Shown here one piece after another: positions 21,574-31,500 of a DNA stretch of 64,000 nt (the first letter of the stretch is position 1; each line of letters starts with the position of its first letter). The stretch spans positions 11,405 through 75,404 of the forward strand of contig JBPOHW010000002.1 of NCBI GenBank assembly GCA_052035095.1, written 5' to 3'. A model generated the notes under the pieces. The model was not told the DNA's origin. It ran no database searches and saw nothing but the letters and a program-made list of their open reading frames with translations. The position numbers and the translations under genes are program-made. The stretch comes from Candidatus Moraniibacteriota bacterium (GTDB lineage: Bacteria; Patescibacteriota; Minisyncoccia; Moranbacterales; UBA1568).

Positions 21574-21603
21574 TGGCTCCGCCTGGTAGATAACATTGGA
21601 ACT
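21574..21603. mobile_element. att-like site (degenerate tRNA-Asn 3' mimic)
   Basis: TGGCTCCGCCTGGTAGATAACATTGGAACT, translating as WLRLVDNIGT. Confidence 0.6.
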
Positions 21604-21631
21604 TATCTCACACACCCAACATCCTCTCCCC

Positions 21632-21859
21632 TCAACCGAAAGTAAAAGCGTAGAACTCAACATTTTCATCCAAGAACTCAAGCCTCAGCGTGTGCTGTCC
21701 CGGCGTAGGGAGATTAACCAGCTTATAAAGTCGGTCGACATCAACTATCACCTTGCCTGACTGAACGCTTTCCCCAAAGTACTGCCCCTCTCCATCAACC
21801 GAAACTCTGACTTGCGCCACTCCTGTCTTGGGACGAATGACAAGAAGGACTTCCCTCAT
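21632..21859 (-). pseudogene. Detached C-terminal fragment of a DipZ-like protein
   Basis: VDRLYKLV...HTLRLEF...VEFYAFTFG is the typical DipZ end; overlaps upstream stop (ATGA). Confidence 0.7.
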
Positions 21860-23121
21860 CTCAAATCAGCCACCCCCGCTTCTTCGAGCAGTATCTGAAT
21901 TACTTCCTCACTCTCGTCGTAAGCGCCTTCGCCAAAATGGCTATGACGGATGTTGCCATCTTTGTCGATAAAGTACTTGGCCGGCCAGTACCGATTGTTG
22001 TAATTGCGCCACGTAGCAAAGCTGTTGTCCTGCACGATGGGATACATGAGTCCGAAATCCTGCGCCGCTTTGCGCACATTCTTCTCTGCCTTTTCGAATT
22101 CAAACTCCGGTGAGTGCACCCCGATGATTACCAGTCCTTTGTCGGCATACTTCTCATGCCACTTTTTGAGGTATGGGAGCGTCCGCTGACAGTTGATACA
22201 GGAGTAGGTCCAAAAGTCGATCAAGACCACCTTGCCCCGCAGTTCCTGGAGCGAAAGCGGGCTACTGTTCATCCATACGCCACCGGGAATGATCTCGGGG
22301 GCTAGTATTCCTTTGGACAAAAGAATGTCTGGCGATGACTTCTCAGGATTCTTGGCATCCGTCCGGTTATTCAATTGATCCAATTCCTCTCGGAGGAAAG
22401 CCTTGTCTTCAAGCTTCGTCAGACCTGCGCCATACTGCGGGAATGTGGTAATGATATAGGTCTGAAACTTGCGATCGAAATTGGTGTAGATAGCAATGGC
22501 TGTCAATATCATCAGCACTCCGAACGCCTTTTGGATATTGCCCGTATTGCGCATAAGCCACGGCACCCGCATAAGAAGCTCCCGTCCTCCCCTCATGATA
22601 AGGAGCATAGGGAGCGCCGTCCCAAGCGCGTAAGCCAAGGTGATGAAAAAGGCCGCCCAGGTCACACTCCCCGAGAGCGCCAGCGAAATAACCGACGCGA
22701 GGATCGGCCCCACACACGGCGTCCACAAAAGTCCGAGAGAAAATCCGACAAGAAGCCCTGAGCCAAAACCCTTACGTTTCGTTTGTTTCGGGACAAGACC
22801 TGTGAGACGCGAAAAGAGATTCTCCAATAAGACCTGGAAACGAGGGATGAGGAACGATACACCAAGGAAAGCAATCACTCCTACCGAAACAAGACGCAGT
22901 GTGTCAGCGGGAATGCCCGTGAAGCTCACCAGCGTTGAAAGGAAAAGCGTGAACAATGTGAAGCTCGCCACGAAGCCAGTGATCACCCCAAGCGGCCGCG
23001 CTTTCCCGATATGCTCTCCACCGAGGCTCGAGGAGAGAATTAGCGGCAGGATAGGCAAGATGCAAGGTGAGAGCACGGTGACTAATCCGGCAATGAAAGC
23101 AAAGACGATGAGAAGAATCAT
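21856..23121 (-). CDS. dipZ: DipZ-like CcdA + TlpA thioredoxin fusion
   Basis: SPCILP and WTPCVGPIL (CcdA); DFWTYSCINCQR, GVHSPEF, NRYWPA (redoxin). Confidence 0.9.
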   Translation of the reverse strand: MILLIVFAFIAGLVTVLSPCILPILPLILSSSLGGEHIGKARPLGVITGFVASFTLFTLFLSTLVSFTGIPADTLRLVSVGVIAFLGVSFLIPRFQVLLENLFSRLTGLVPKQTKRKGFGSGLLVGFSLGLLWTPCVGPILASVISLALSGSVTWAAFFITLAYALGTALPMLLIMRGGRELLMRVPWLMRNTGNIQKAFGVLMILTAIAIYTNFDRKFQTYIITTFPQYGAGLTKLEDKAFLREELDQLNNRTDAKNPEKSSPDILLSKGILAPEIIPGGVWMNSSPLSLQELRGKVVLIDFWTYSCINCQRTLPYLKKWHEKYADKGLVIIGVHSPEFEFEKAEKNVRKAAQDFGLMYPIVQDNSFATWRNYNNRYWPAKYFIDKDGNIRHSHFGEGAYDESEEVIQILLEEAGVADLR

Positions 23122-23124
23122 AGC

Positions 23125-23718
23125 TTACTTGATGTTCTTCAAGAGTTCGGCCACTTTGCCGCCATTCCATTTGGTCACAGCCTGACCATCTTGGTCGATC
23201 TGCACAAAGGTATGCTGATAGGTCACGCCATACTGCCGGGCAAGATCCTTTTCCTCCTGATCGGTATCCGGATCATTGTAATTCACTCGAACCACTGTGA
23301 CATCACTTGGAATCTCACTCATCTTCTCCCTAAATTCGGCATCGGCCAGCTTGCAATTCGGGCACCAGCTCGCGTAGAAGAAAAGAACGCGCCGGGAATC
23401 TTTGGCTTGTTCCAAACTCTCCTTGGAATACGTCAGGTACCGTTCACTCTTCGCCATCATCATCGCCTCAGGATTCATCATGCTTTCCTCTTTTGTTTCC
23501 ATGCTCGGTTTTTCCATCATGGCATCACTCTCTTCCTCCATCATGCCTGCATCCTCCATCTTGGTATCACTCTCCATCATTTTTTCCTCGGTTGGTTTCA
23601 TCATCGATTCTCCTTCCATCATCTGCTTATTGTCCCCTGATGACTGAGTATTCATCCACCACCACGCACCCCCTGCCACGACCACGAGACCGATTATGAG
23701 CACCAGTACTTTTGCCAT
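23125..23718 (-). CDS. Membrane-anchored thioredoxin with Met-rich linker
   Basis: N-terminal TM, repeated MM dipeptides, FFYASWCPNC, YGVTYQHTFV. Confidence 0.88.
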   Translation of the reverse strand: MAKVLVLIIGLVVVAGGAWWWMNTQSSGDNKQMMEGESMMKPTEEKMMESDTKMEDAGMMEEESDAMMEKPSMETKEESMMNPEAMMMAKSERYLTYSKESLEQAKDSRRVLFFYASWCPNCKLADAEFREKMSEIPSDVTVVRVNYNDPDTDQEEKDLARQYGVTYQHTFVQIDQDGQAVTKWNGGKVAELLKNIK

Positions 23719-23761
23719 ATGTTTTCTCCTTTCGGAGCAGTTAAAAAAATTACCGTTTAAA

Positions 23762-24133
23762 CTAATACAGTTTGCGGGCATAAACGCGACCGAGTATCTT
23801 GGCAAATACCATTCCGGCGAGCGCGGCCGGAAGCCACGGATCGATCGCATGAGCCATAGCCTGAAGTACCGTTCCCACAAGCAAGATCATACCTCCTGCC
23901 GTATAGGCAAGACGAGCGGCGATGAATCGATGCAGCTGCTCGCGTTCATCCGAGACCGATTCCCTCCAAATAAACATGGCGAAGATCGCAAAAAAAGCCG
24001 CAACCAGTCCGAGGAGTGTCATATGTACCGCATCCGTCATCCACCAATCAAGCGGATTGATAAAACACACCAGCAATACGATGAGCACCAAGGCGACCGC
24101 AGTCTCTCCAAAAAGTTGGTTCAAAAATTTCAT
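23762..24133 (-). CDS. Membrane protein (DERE motif) paired with XRE regulator
   Basis: Four TM segments with central SDERE; overlaps HTH gene. Confidence 0.8.
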   Translation of the reverse strand: MKFLNQLFGETAVALVLIVLLVCFINPLDWWMTDAVHMTLLGLVAAFFAIFAMFIWRESVSDEREQLHRFIAARLAYTAGGMILLVGTVLQAMAHAIDPWLPAALAGMVFAKILGRVYARKLY

Positions 24134-24336
24134 AGCTTTATTTTAAAAAGTTTTTCAAGTGGTTCGTCAAAAAATCGCGCGATTTTGAGGGCGAGTAACA
24201 CCGAAGGAACGTAGTTTCCTTTCTCGAGCGCGATGATCGTCTGGCGCGTGACCCCTACCGCCGTCGCGAGCGCCTCCTGCGTCACCTCTCTCTGCCGACG
24301 CATCGCTTCAATTTTGTTCTCTATGGTTTCTGCCAT
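24130..24336 (-). CDS. XRE/Cro-C1 HTH regulator
   Basis: [31 protein letters not shown]. Confidence 0.92.
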   Translation of the reverse strand: MAETIENKIEAMRRQREVTQEALATAVGVTRQTIIALEKGNYVPSVLLALKIARFFDEPLEKLFKIKL

Positions 24337-24340
24337 ACGT

Positions 24341-24405
24341 ATGTAAAGTATGCTTTACATGTTCATTATACGATTCCCATTTTCTCTGTCAAGTTGACTT
24401 TACAT
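24341..24405 (-). promoter_or_regulatory. Promoter and two palindromic operators of the XRE operon
   Basis: TTGACA (24387-92)-16 nt-TATAAT (24365-70); ATGTAAAG-N4-CTTTACAT at 24341-60 and TGTCAAG-N4-CTTTACA over the -35. Confidence 0.75.
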
Positions 24406-24671
24406 ACCGAAACTCAGCTCTGTTCCAAGATTCCAAGCGAGTGGCTCAATCCCGTACGCAATCTGGTTCACATTCCAATAGCTACGCAACCAATGAAAAA
24501 AGCCCTCGTATGAGGACTTTCATTTATGCTCGCCAGTCCGGTCTAGAACCTATACGGGCCGTTGAGGGATCCTTTAGGGGTACTTTCGACAGGCCTAAAT
24601 GAGACAAATGAGACACTGGAAGTGTACATGTCTCATTTCGGAAAACTTGACTTCTAAGGCTTACTATAGCC

Positions 24672-25379
24672 TTATTTCTTCACCATCGATACATACTCCT
24701 GAATCAGGGCTTCGGCGTAGATATAACCATGCTTTTCGATGATATTCCTCGCAAACAGGAGAAATATTCCATAAAAAACCACCGCGATTATCGAGAAGGC
24801 AAAAGCCACGCGATCTCTATCCATAAAGAAAAACGATACATCAAAGACAGACATAGGAAGCGCAAGAACGGATCCACCAACAATATTTCTGAAAAATCCA
24901 TATTCGATGTTTCGAGACAACACCAAGCTTCCGTTACCAACAATCATCCTTACGGCGCCAACTGCCTCAACGATCTTTTTTCTGGCCCCATTCTCATCAT
25001 CTCTCTCATCTCTCGCATTTGCCAGATCCAACGAAAAATCCTTGCGTATCTTTTCATATATCTTTCCCTTGAATTCGGAAGAGTAGTTCTCATTCGAATG
25101 CAGAAGTAATTCCGTACTTGGCATAGCAAGTCCATTTTTGAAGTATCTATTTTCGAAGAATTCCACCGAAAAGAATCTTCCCACAAGCGAAAGAAAGAAG
25201 ATAGAGACAAAGAAAATAGAAATATCTCCGAATATCTTCGCGGTCATCAAACTCTCAGTAAAACCTGGAAGTATTTCGTCAAGATAGAAGTGACCAAAAA
25301 CTAAAAACGGTACCGCACATATAATAGCTGGATAAATCCTTGCCTTTAAGCCATATTCGGTCATCCAAAACATTTTCAT
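24672..25379 (-). CDS. 4-TM membrane protein, defence-effector-like
   Basis: YGLKARIYPA..P, MPSTELL, NIEYGFFRN motifs; 2 TM + soluble + 2 TM. Confidence 0.75.
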   Translation of the reverse strand: MKMFWMTEYGLKARIYPAIICAVPFLVFGHFYLDEILPGFTESLMTAKIFGDISIFFVSIFFLSLVGRFFSVEFFENRYFKNGLAMPSTELLLHSNENYSSEFKGKIYEKIRKDFSLDLANARDERDDENGARKKIVEAVGAVRMIVGNGSLVLSRNIEYGFFRNIVGGSVLALPMSVFDVSFFFMDRDRVAFAFSIIAVVFYGIFLLFARNIIEKHGYIYAEALIQEYVSMVKK

Positions 25380-26236
25380 ACGCCTTTGTACGTTCGAGAG
25401 CCATCCCGTTCGACCCTGATTACTATATGTCCATCACTCCTTGTCGTAAGAACCTTTCTTGGGTTTTGAAAATCACCATTCAGGCATACTCCATTTCCTA
25501 GGACGCGTTCCCCATACGCTTGGCTCATACCCTCCTGCGTGCCATGAACCACCTTTTTATCCGATATTATCACGCACTCAGGAAAACAATATTCAAACAT
25601 TTCTTCTGCGTATCCGTTCTCTCTTCCATGATGCGCTGCAACCAACACATCGGTTTTCGATAACCAATCCCTGAAGTCTTCTTTTTTCAACATGAGTTCC
25701 CATCCTGCCTCTTCAAGATCGCCGGAGATGCAAACTGTTGTTCCAAGATATTCGACGAATACTACCTGGCTCAGGTTATTGGTGTTTATCTCCTGATCCT
25801 CGGGAAAATGATGCTGCTCCAAGTAGAATGTCTTCACGACATACGGCGGCTTATGATGCGCAGCGCTACCGGTATACGCGCGCTTATAGTGACATACGGA
25901 ATCAAGAGCTTCGGTTTTCTCTGGCTTGATGTCGTATAACTCTTCCACGGAAATATTTTTCGGAAATCGGATCGTATCGATATGAACCTTTTTAGAAAGG
26001 TACGCCATCCCCGAAAAATGGTCATGATCGTAATTGGTAAGCGTCAGATTGCTGAGCACATGCCTCCGCCCATCATGATGCATGTATTCGCTTGAAATCA
26101 AAGTATCAATCGGATCAAAATCTGGCGTATTCCCACAGTCAACAAGCATCCCATATTCCGGATTATTGTGCGGATAAAAAAAGATGCTTTGCCCCATTTC
26201 AACATTGAATACAACTACGTCCATCATAATATTCAA
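25376..26236 (-). CDS. ComEC/Rec2-like metallo-beta-lactamase-fold hydrolase
   Basis: FNVEMGQS, LVDCG, TNYDHDHFSG, NNLS, SGDLE, AAHHGRENG. Confidence 0.85.
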   Translation of the reverse strand: MNIMMDVVVFNVEMGQSIFFYPHNNPEYGMLVDCGNTPDFDPIDTLISSEYMHHDGRRHVLSNLTLTNYDHDHFSGMAYLSKKVHIDTIRFPKNISVEELYDIKPEKTEALDSVCHYKRAYTGSAAHHKPPYVVKTFYLEQHHFPEDQEINTNNLSQVVFVEYLGTTVCISGDLEEAGWELMLKKEDFRDWLSKTDVLVAAHHGRENGYAEEMFEYCFPECVIISDKKVVHGTQEGMSQAYGERVLGNGVCLNGDFQNPRKVLTTRSDGHIVIRVERDGSRTYKGV

Positions 26237-26877
26237 ATCTTCACATTCTTGATAACCTCCACGACTTTCCCACTCAGGACATACTGACCTATTTCACTTT
26301 CACCAATGACAATCGGCGGATAGTCTTTGGTCGATTCGGACACAAGCATCACCTGTTGGTGTTCCTCGTCGAGATAAAACTTCTTTATATTCGCCAAACC
26401 ATCAATCACGGAAAGTACGTATTCCCCTTTCTCCGGAACCGTGACATCGCCGTCGACTATCACGTAGTCTCCCGGCTCGATACTTCTTTTCGCTTTCCCT
26501 ACCTTTGCCTTATTCATCGAGAACCCGTCCGCCTGTACGGCGAACAATCCTTTCTTGTACGGGACAAGAGAACTCGAAACTCGAATATAGCTCTGAACGT
26601 AGTTCTCGGCAAATCGGGTCGCTGGACCGCAATCGGCAGACCCATATACTGGAATTGCCACCAATCCGGACATCCTGGAAACGCCCTCTTTAATACGTTC
26701 TACCACACCACCCTCCCGATCCATCTTGATCAAGCCCTTCTTCTGCAACTGAGAGAGGTGATGCTTCACCGTTTGGGCATTTTTAATCCCGGCAAGCTCA
26801 GCAATGTCTCGGTAAGTCATTTTCCCGAGATTATATTTCCTTGAAAGTTCGAGAAGTTTTTCCTGATTCTTATGCAT
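26233..26877 (-). CDS. LexA-like repressor (wHTH + S24 peptidase)
   Basis: HTH TYRDIAELAG..VKHHL; CG cleavage site, GFSM Ser, NIKK Lys; promoter TTGACA-17-TATGCT at 26904-26932. Confidence 0.88.
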   Translation of the reverse strand: MHKNQEKLLELSRKYNLGKMTYRDIAELAGIKNAQTVKHHLSQLQKKGLIKMDREGGVVERIKEGVSRMSGLVAIPVYGSADCGPATRFAENYVQSYIRVSSSLVPYKKGLFAVQADGFSMNKAKVGKAKRSIEPGDYVIVDGDVTVPEKGEYVLSVIDGLANIKKFYLDEEHQQVMLVSESTKDYPPIVIGESEIGQYVLSGKVVEVIKNVKI

Positions 26878-27220
26878 AAGTTTTTGGCTAGCTCTTTTCC
26901 CGTAGCATATCAGACCAGTATAATCATGTCAATACTAATTGTTTACTTATTTACAAGTTTTACAGTTGGAGAAAAAGAAAACTGGAACTTCTTGCTCCAG
27001 ACTTCAATAATGCTGGCTTACGGAAACCACACAATCCCCTTCCAGCTACTTATAATACCTCTTCGCACCTGATGGGAAAGTTGTGGGGCAGGTGCCGGTT
27101 TGGGAGAAGACGACATCGAGCTCGGTGGCAGAAATGACTTTGAAATAAGCCCAGCCACTCCGCTCTCCCGGAGAGAAGCCGTCAAAGCGAAAGAACACGC
27201 CTGTCAGGCATATTCTTTGA

Positions 27221-27252
27221 TGGCTCCAGCTATTGGATGAGATTCGAACCTG
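27221..27252. mobile_element. att-like site (degenerate tRNA-Asn 3' mimic)
   Basis: Minus strand CAGGTTCGAATCTCATCCAATAGCTGGAGCCA then a terminator-like hairpin; plus frame WLQLLDEIRT. Confidence 0.7.
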
Positions 27253-27485
27253 TTTTTGAAAAAAGAAAAAAGCACCGTACCCGCCAGTCGTGTACTTGTT
27301 CATCAAAAGACGGCCACCATAAAAGTGTATCGTGCCAATCGAAAAAGATGGTTTTGTATTTCTTGCGCGTTTTCACAATAAATTCTTTGTCCACATAATT
27401 ACGCTCGTATTATTTCCGAATGAAAAAACTGCTCCCGAAAATTCGCTCATTTCCCATAGGGAAAGAGTAGCACAAGACTCGCAAG
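27230..27485 (-). pseudogene. Truncated duplicate of the HAD gene 5' end and upstream region
   Basis: 27332-27485 aligns with 18592-18745 (VDKEFIVKTRKKYKTIFFDWH vs VDKELLVKTCKKYKTVFFDWH), then diverges. Confidence 0.85.
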
Positions 27486-27572
27486 AAAAACAAAGCCGCT
27501 GGGCGATACCATGCGGCTTCTTAGTTTTATTAAAACATTAACGGGATTACTATCTCACTTTTTTCCTTATCG

Positions 27573-27761
27573 TTAGTCGTCTTCCTTGATTTCGACCTCG
27601 ATGCCAAATCGATCTGAACATTGTAACATCAGAGCGCCAAACGCCTCATTGACACTTTGACCATCACCCAAATCTCGCTGGTCTTCTCCTGCGATGTAGG
27701 AGCGATAGCGTTTGCCTCGCCTCTCTATAATGATCGTTGTCGCTATTGCACAGTCTGTCAT
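27573..27761 (-). CDS. Small protein, possibly HicB-like fold
   Basis: SD AAGGAG; IIIER..Y......GDGQSVNEA pattern. Confidence 0.55.
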   Translation of the reverse strand: MTDCAIATTIIIERRGKRYRSYIAGEDQRDLGDGQSVNEAFGALMLQCSDRFGIEVEIKEDD

Positions 27762-27889
27762 TGCTATTACTCCTTATGTAAAGCCAAGAGAAAGATAATC
27801 GTCAGCAATCTCACGATACCAATTATAATACATGCATAAAATCATTTGTCAATTCAAGTTGCTGTTTAGAAATTAGAGAAGAGGTTATA

Positions 27890-28420
27890 TTAAAGTTTTT
27901 TACTATAGTATTCGTAACATTTCTTATACCACTCGGAAATACTTTTATCGCTATTTATTTCATTTTCAAAAAATTTTACTAAAAGTTGTCTCGGCTTATC
28001 ACTAAAAGGGATATGGTAAATTTTTGGCCATATTTCCCCATACCACGCTCCAAGGTTATTGGATTTGATGTCGCAAGCACCGCCTATGCCATCTTTCTGT
28101 ATAAAAAATATTTGATCTACGCGGTTCATTATCGAAGCGCCAAGACACTGAATGCATGGCTCAAGAGTTGTATAAAGTTTAATTATTTTGTTTTCCTTAT
28201 GTGCTTGCTTAATATTTATATCATTTCTAATTAGCAAAGAATTCTCTGCGTGAGTTACCCACGATTCTTTATTTCTTTCATTACCAGAGGTATCAAAAAT
28301 TTTATCATCAATAACTAAAACCGCGCCAACGGGAAAATCACCTGCTTCATATGACTTATTTGCCATATCAATAGCCAGTGTGAAACATTTCTTATCAAGT
28401 TCATTTAGGACATCTCCCAT
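27890..28420 (-). CDS. Zn-dependent nucleoside deaminase (TadA-like)
   Basis: PVGAVLV, HAE, YTTLEPCIQC; AT-rich. Confidence 0.88.
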   Translation of the reverse strand: MGDVLNELDKKCFTLAIDMANKSYEAGDFPVGAVLVIDDKIFDTSGNERNKESWVTHAENSLLIRNDINIKQAHKENKIIKLYTTLEPCIQCLGASIMNRVDQIFFIQKDGIGGACDIKSNNLGAWYGEIWPKIYHIPFSDKPRQLLVKFFENEINSDKSISEWYKKCYEYYSKKL

Positions 28421-28546
28421 ATAAAAGAGAAAAGTACTCCGCGAGCAAGTATTATTTGCACGCTTTTTCTGCTCCCACTACTAGATAAACTTAGAACTTT
28501 AGATTGGGAGACCCTACGGAGCACTTTACAACACTTACAAGCGTCT

Positions 28547-31500
28547 TTACTGATCCAATCCTTTAAACATAAGGTCTAACAAGACCGAAAAATGTAACAA
28601 CCGTTCAGGGCGCATATTTGATTGCAAGTTAATCAAAATACTTTCCTTAACCTCTTGCAGATCGTGATTTTCCCCAATTACTCTAAATACTTCTGCCATT
28701 GCTTTCCCTTTACTTTTTTCTGGGGCTGCAGGATCTTTTGCGAGCAACATAAAGAGGCTGGCAAGAACAAGTCCTAATGACTGGACCGATGTTTCTCTTC
28801 TCCCTACTGCCCTAATCAAATCAAAAACTTTTTTTACATCATATTCCTCCTTTTTGAGATGATAGAATATTACGCCGGCACTTACGGGTACGTACTCATA
28901 GTGAAGATTGATAATTTTTCTAATTACTTCGTAAGCTTCTTCAGAAGTTAGTACACCTCTCTTTTCAGCTTCAACAACAAGAGAGTATGTCGAAAATGAG
29001 TTAAGCTGATTCTCGCGACGAATAATCGCCCTTAACATTCGATCATCACAGTAAAAAGACAGCCTCTTCTCTTGCGCCAGAATGAGACTATCTCGCGTGC
29101 TATCCTCTAGGGCGTTTACTAGATTCTTCTCATCGAAGTTATGCTCTGTTTCTAGACCAGTAACTTCAAACGTCTCATTTGATATAATGAATCCCTTCAC
29201 TCTTTCCAAAAACTCAATGGTTTTCTGTACTTGCTCTGGTGGTATCTCAGACATTTGATGTCTACCCTCTATCTTCCCGATATAGGTAATGCCTTTTCTT
29301 GCAGATACTTTTCTTTCTTCAATAGTATGAGTTAGTTCATCTAGAACCGACTGGTGTATATATATTTTTTCAAACATTTCTGGCAGAATCTCAAGTTTGC
29401 CTAGATGCCCTAACAAAAACAAAGTATAAATATCCGGCACCATACCCCTTCGAGTATCTTCTATCGCCAAAAACTCCTCCTTGGCTTCTTCTGGTGTGCC
29501 AAAGGCTATTTTCACTCCCAGTTCAGGGGTCTCAATAAAAGCTGCCCAGATATCAAATGGCTTTCTCCCGGCGATATGTGGTATAGCCGCAAGTGGCGCT
29601 GAAGATTCCTTATACAGCTTCACGGCTTTGCTCGTAATTTCCGCAGTAAAATCAACTTTTTTAAAAATTTCACTTAGATCCCCGTCCTTTATTTCTATGC
29701 TTTCCAGTGCCCTCTCTTCAGGAAACCTCTTTGTAAATTCTCCTATGGATTTTTGGAACTTCTTAATGTATTTCTCATCTATTTCATCCCCGCTCTCCTG
29801 TTCACGCTTTAAGAAAGTAAAAATATAGGCCAAATGAGTCTTTGGGTTGTTGTCGTCCGCCTCTAGTGCCTGGTAATTTATCTCCAGTGCTACATCGCGC
29901 TGTCCAATTAGCTCATAGCAGGTCGCCAATATAAGCAGGTTTTCAGTGTCTTTTGTGATGCCACGAATCTGATCAAAAGTTCGTGCCGCTTCATTCTCCT
30001 TCCCTAATCTAAACAAGCACGATCCGTAGTACACTATGTATCTGAGTGTCGAAGGATCTTGTTGATAAAGTTGCTTGAATAAAATAGACGCCCTCTCTAA
30101 ATTGTTCAAATAAAGATTAGAGTAAGCTTCTAGCTGCCTAACTACTGCGTTTGATTTTATAACCTCCACTTGCCGATCTACCCATCGTAAAAGTTCCCCA
30201 TATTGTCCAGAATTATACAGACACTCTGCAAATCTCTGATTCGCAAAATGTGCCCGCCCTGTATTTACATATCTGGTAAATATTGCCTGCGCCTCAATGT
30301 ACTTTCCCGATTGAAACAAGTAATTTGCTAGTTCCATTTCAGAAAGTTCCTTGTCGAATGGAGTTGTTGCTACTTCCCCGGATTTTCTAAGTAGTTCTTC
30401 AACTGCTAAAGACCCTTTTTTCTGTAATTGCAATGCCCTCACTCTTAGGGCTGTTGAATCATCAGGGAGCTCACTTTCCAACCTTTCAAGAAGCTTGTCC
30501 ACCTTTTCTACTTCAAGTTTTCTCGAATACAATTCAAGGGCTAGTTGAGCGACATCAGGATCAATATTAGTGGTCTGAGCAAGAAGTAGGGATAGTGATT
30601 TTTCGGCTCTTTCCAAGTTTCCACTCTTAAGCGCACAGTATGCTATATGTCTCTCTGGATCAGTACTCCCGCCACCAAGAATCTGATATCTATCAAAACT
30701 TCTAATTGCTTCAATGTACTTACCTAAACGCAACAAAGAAACTCCCTTATTTAGGAATGGCATCGCTGATTTCGGATCAATTGCAGAGGCTTTCTCAGCA
30801 GCATCTATAGATTTTTCATACTCCCCAAGAATTGAGTAACAAGCAGATAAGTTCGTGTAAGCATTTTCCCGTGCTTCGTTGGCATCTTTACCACCTAAAA
30901 TACCAAGGGCTTTTTCTAAGGATTGTGTTGCCTTCTGAAAACTTTTGGAAAGTTCTTTCGGAAGCCTATCAGGCGGGTAGTCCTTAACCTTATCCTGATT
31001 ACCCACTAAGATACTTTGTGCAAGTCGAAAGTGAGCCTCGATATTTTCCGAATTAATGGCTAGAACCTTTTCAAATGTGACAACTGCTTGGTCATACTGC
31101 TTAAGATCTATATTTTCCAATCCTTCGTAGGTATACCTCAACTCCGTATCCTTTTGGCTTTTAAGAAAATTACGCAGATCCTGGTATCTCCTCAGCACAT
31201 AAAGAATATTTGCCTTTATCGAAATCAGGTGCTCATCACCAGAATTATCTTTAAGCAAGTTATCAACAATCTGCAAAGCCCCTTCTGAATCCCCCTTATA
31301 ATGTTTTGCGAGAGCAAGGTTTCCCCTTGCCTTGGAATCCTTAGGATTGGCCGCATAGCCCTTCTCAAAGAATTCGCCTGCCTGAGTAAGATTTCCAAGA
31401 TTCATCTCACAGACCCCTAGGTTGTTATAAACCCGAAATAGCAAATGCGAATCGACTTTTTCAGTTTCTAAGAGGAGGTCCTGAAGGATCAACTCATATT

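Noticed and set aside
19802-27252. GGTTCGAA...GGAGCCA motifs as extra tRNA genes
   Set aside because: No D-arm, anticodon arm or 5' acceptor strand; treated as att-like sites
16221-28420. Classical integron
   Set aside because: No IntI tyrosine recombinase and no clear RYYYAAC...GTTRRRY attC sites between genes
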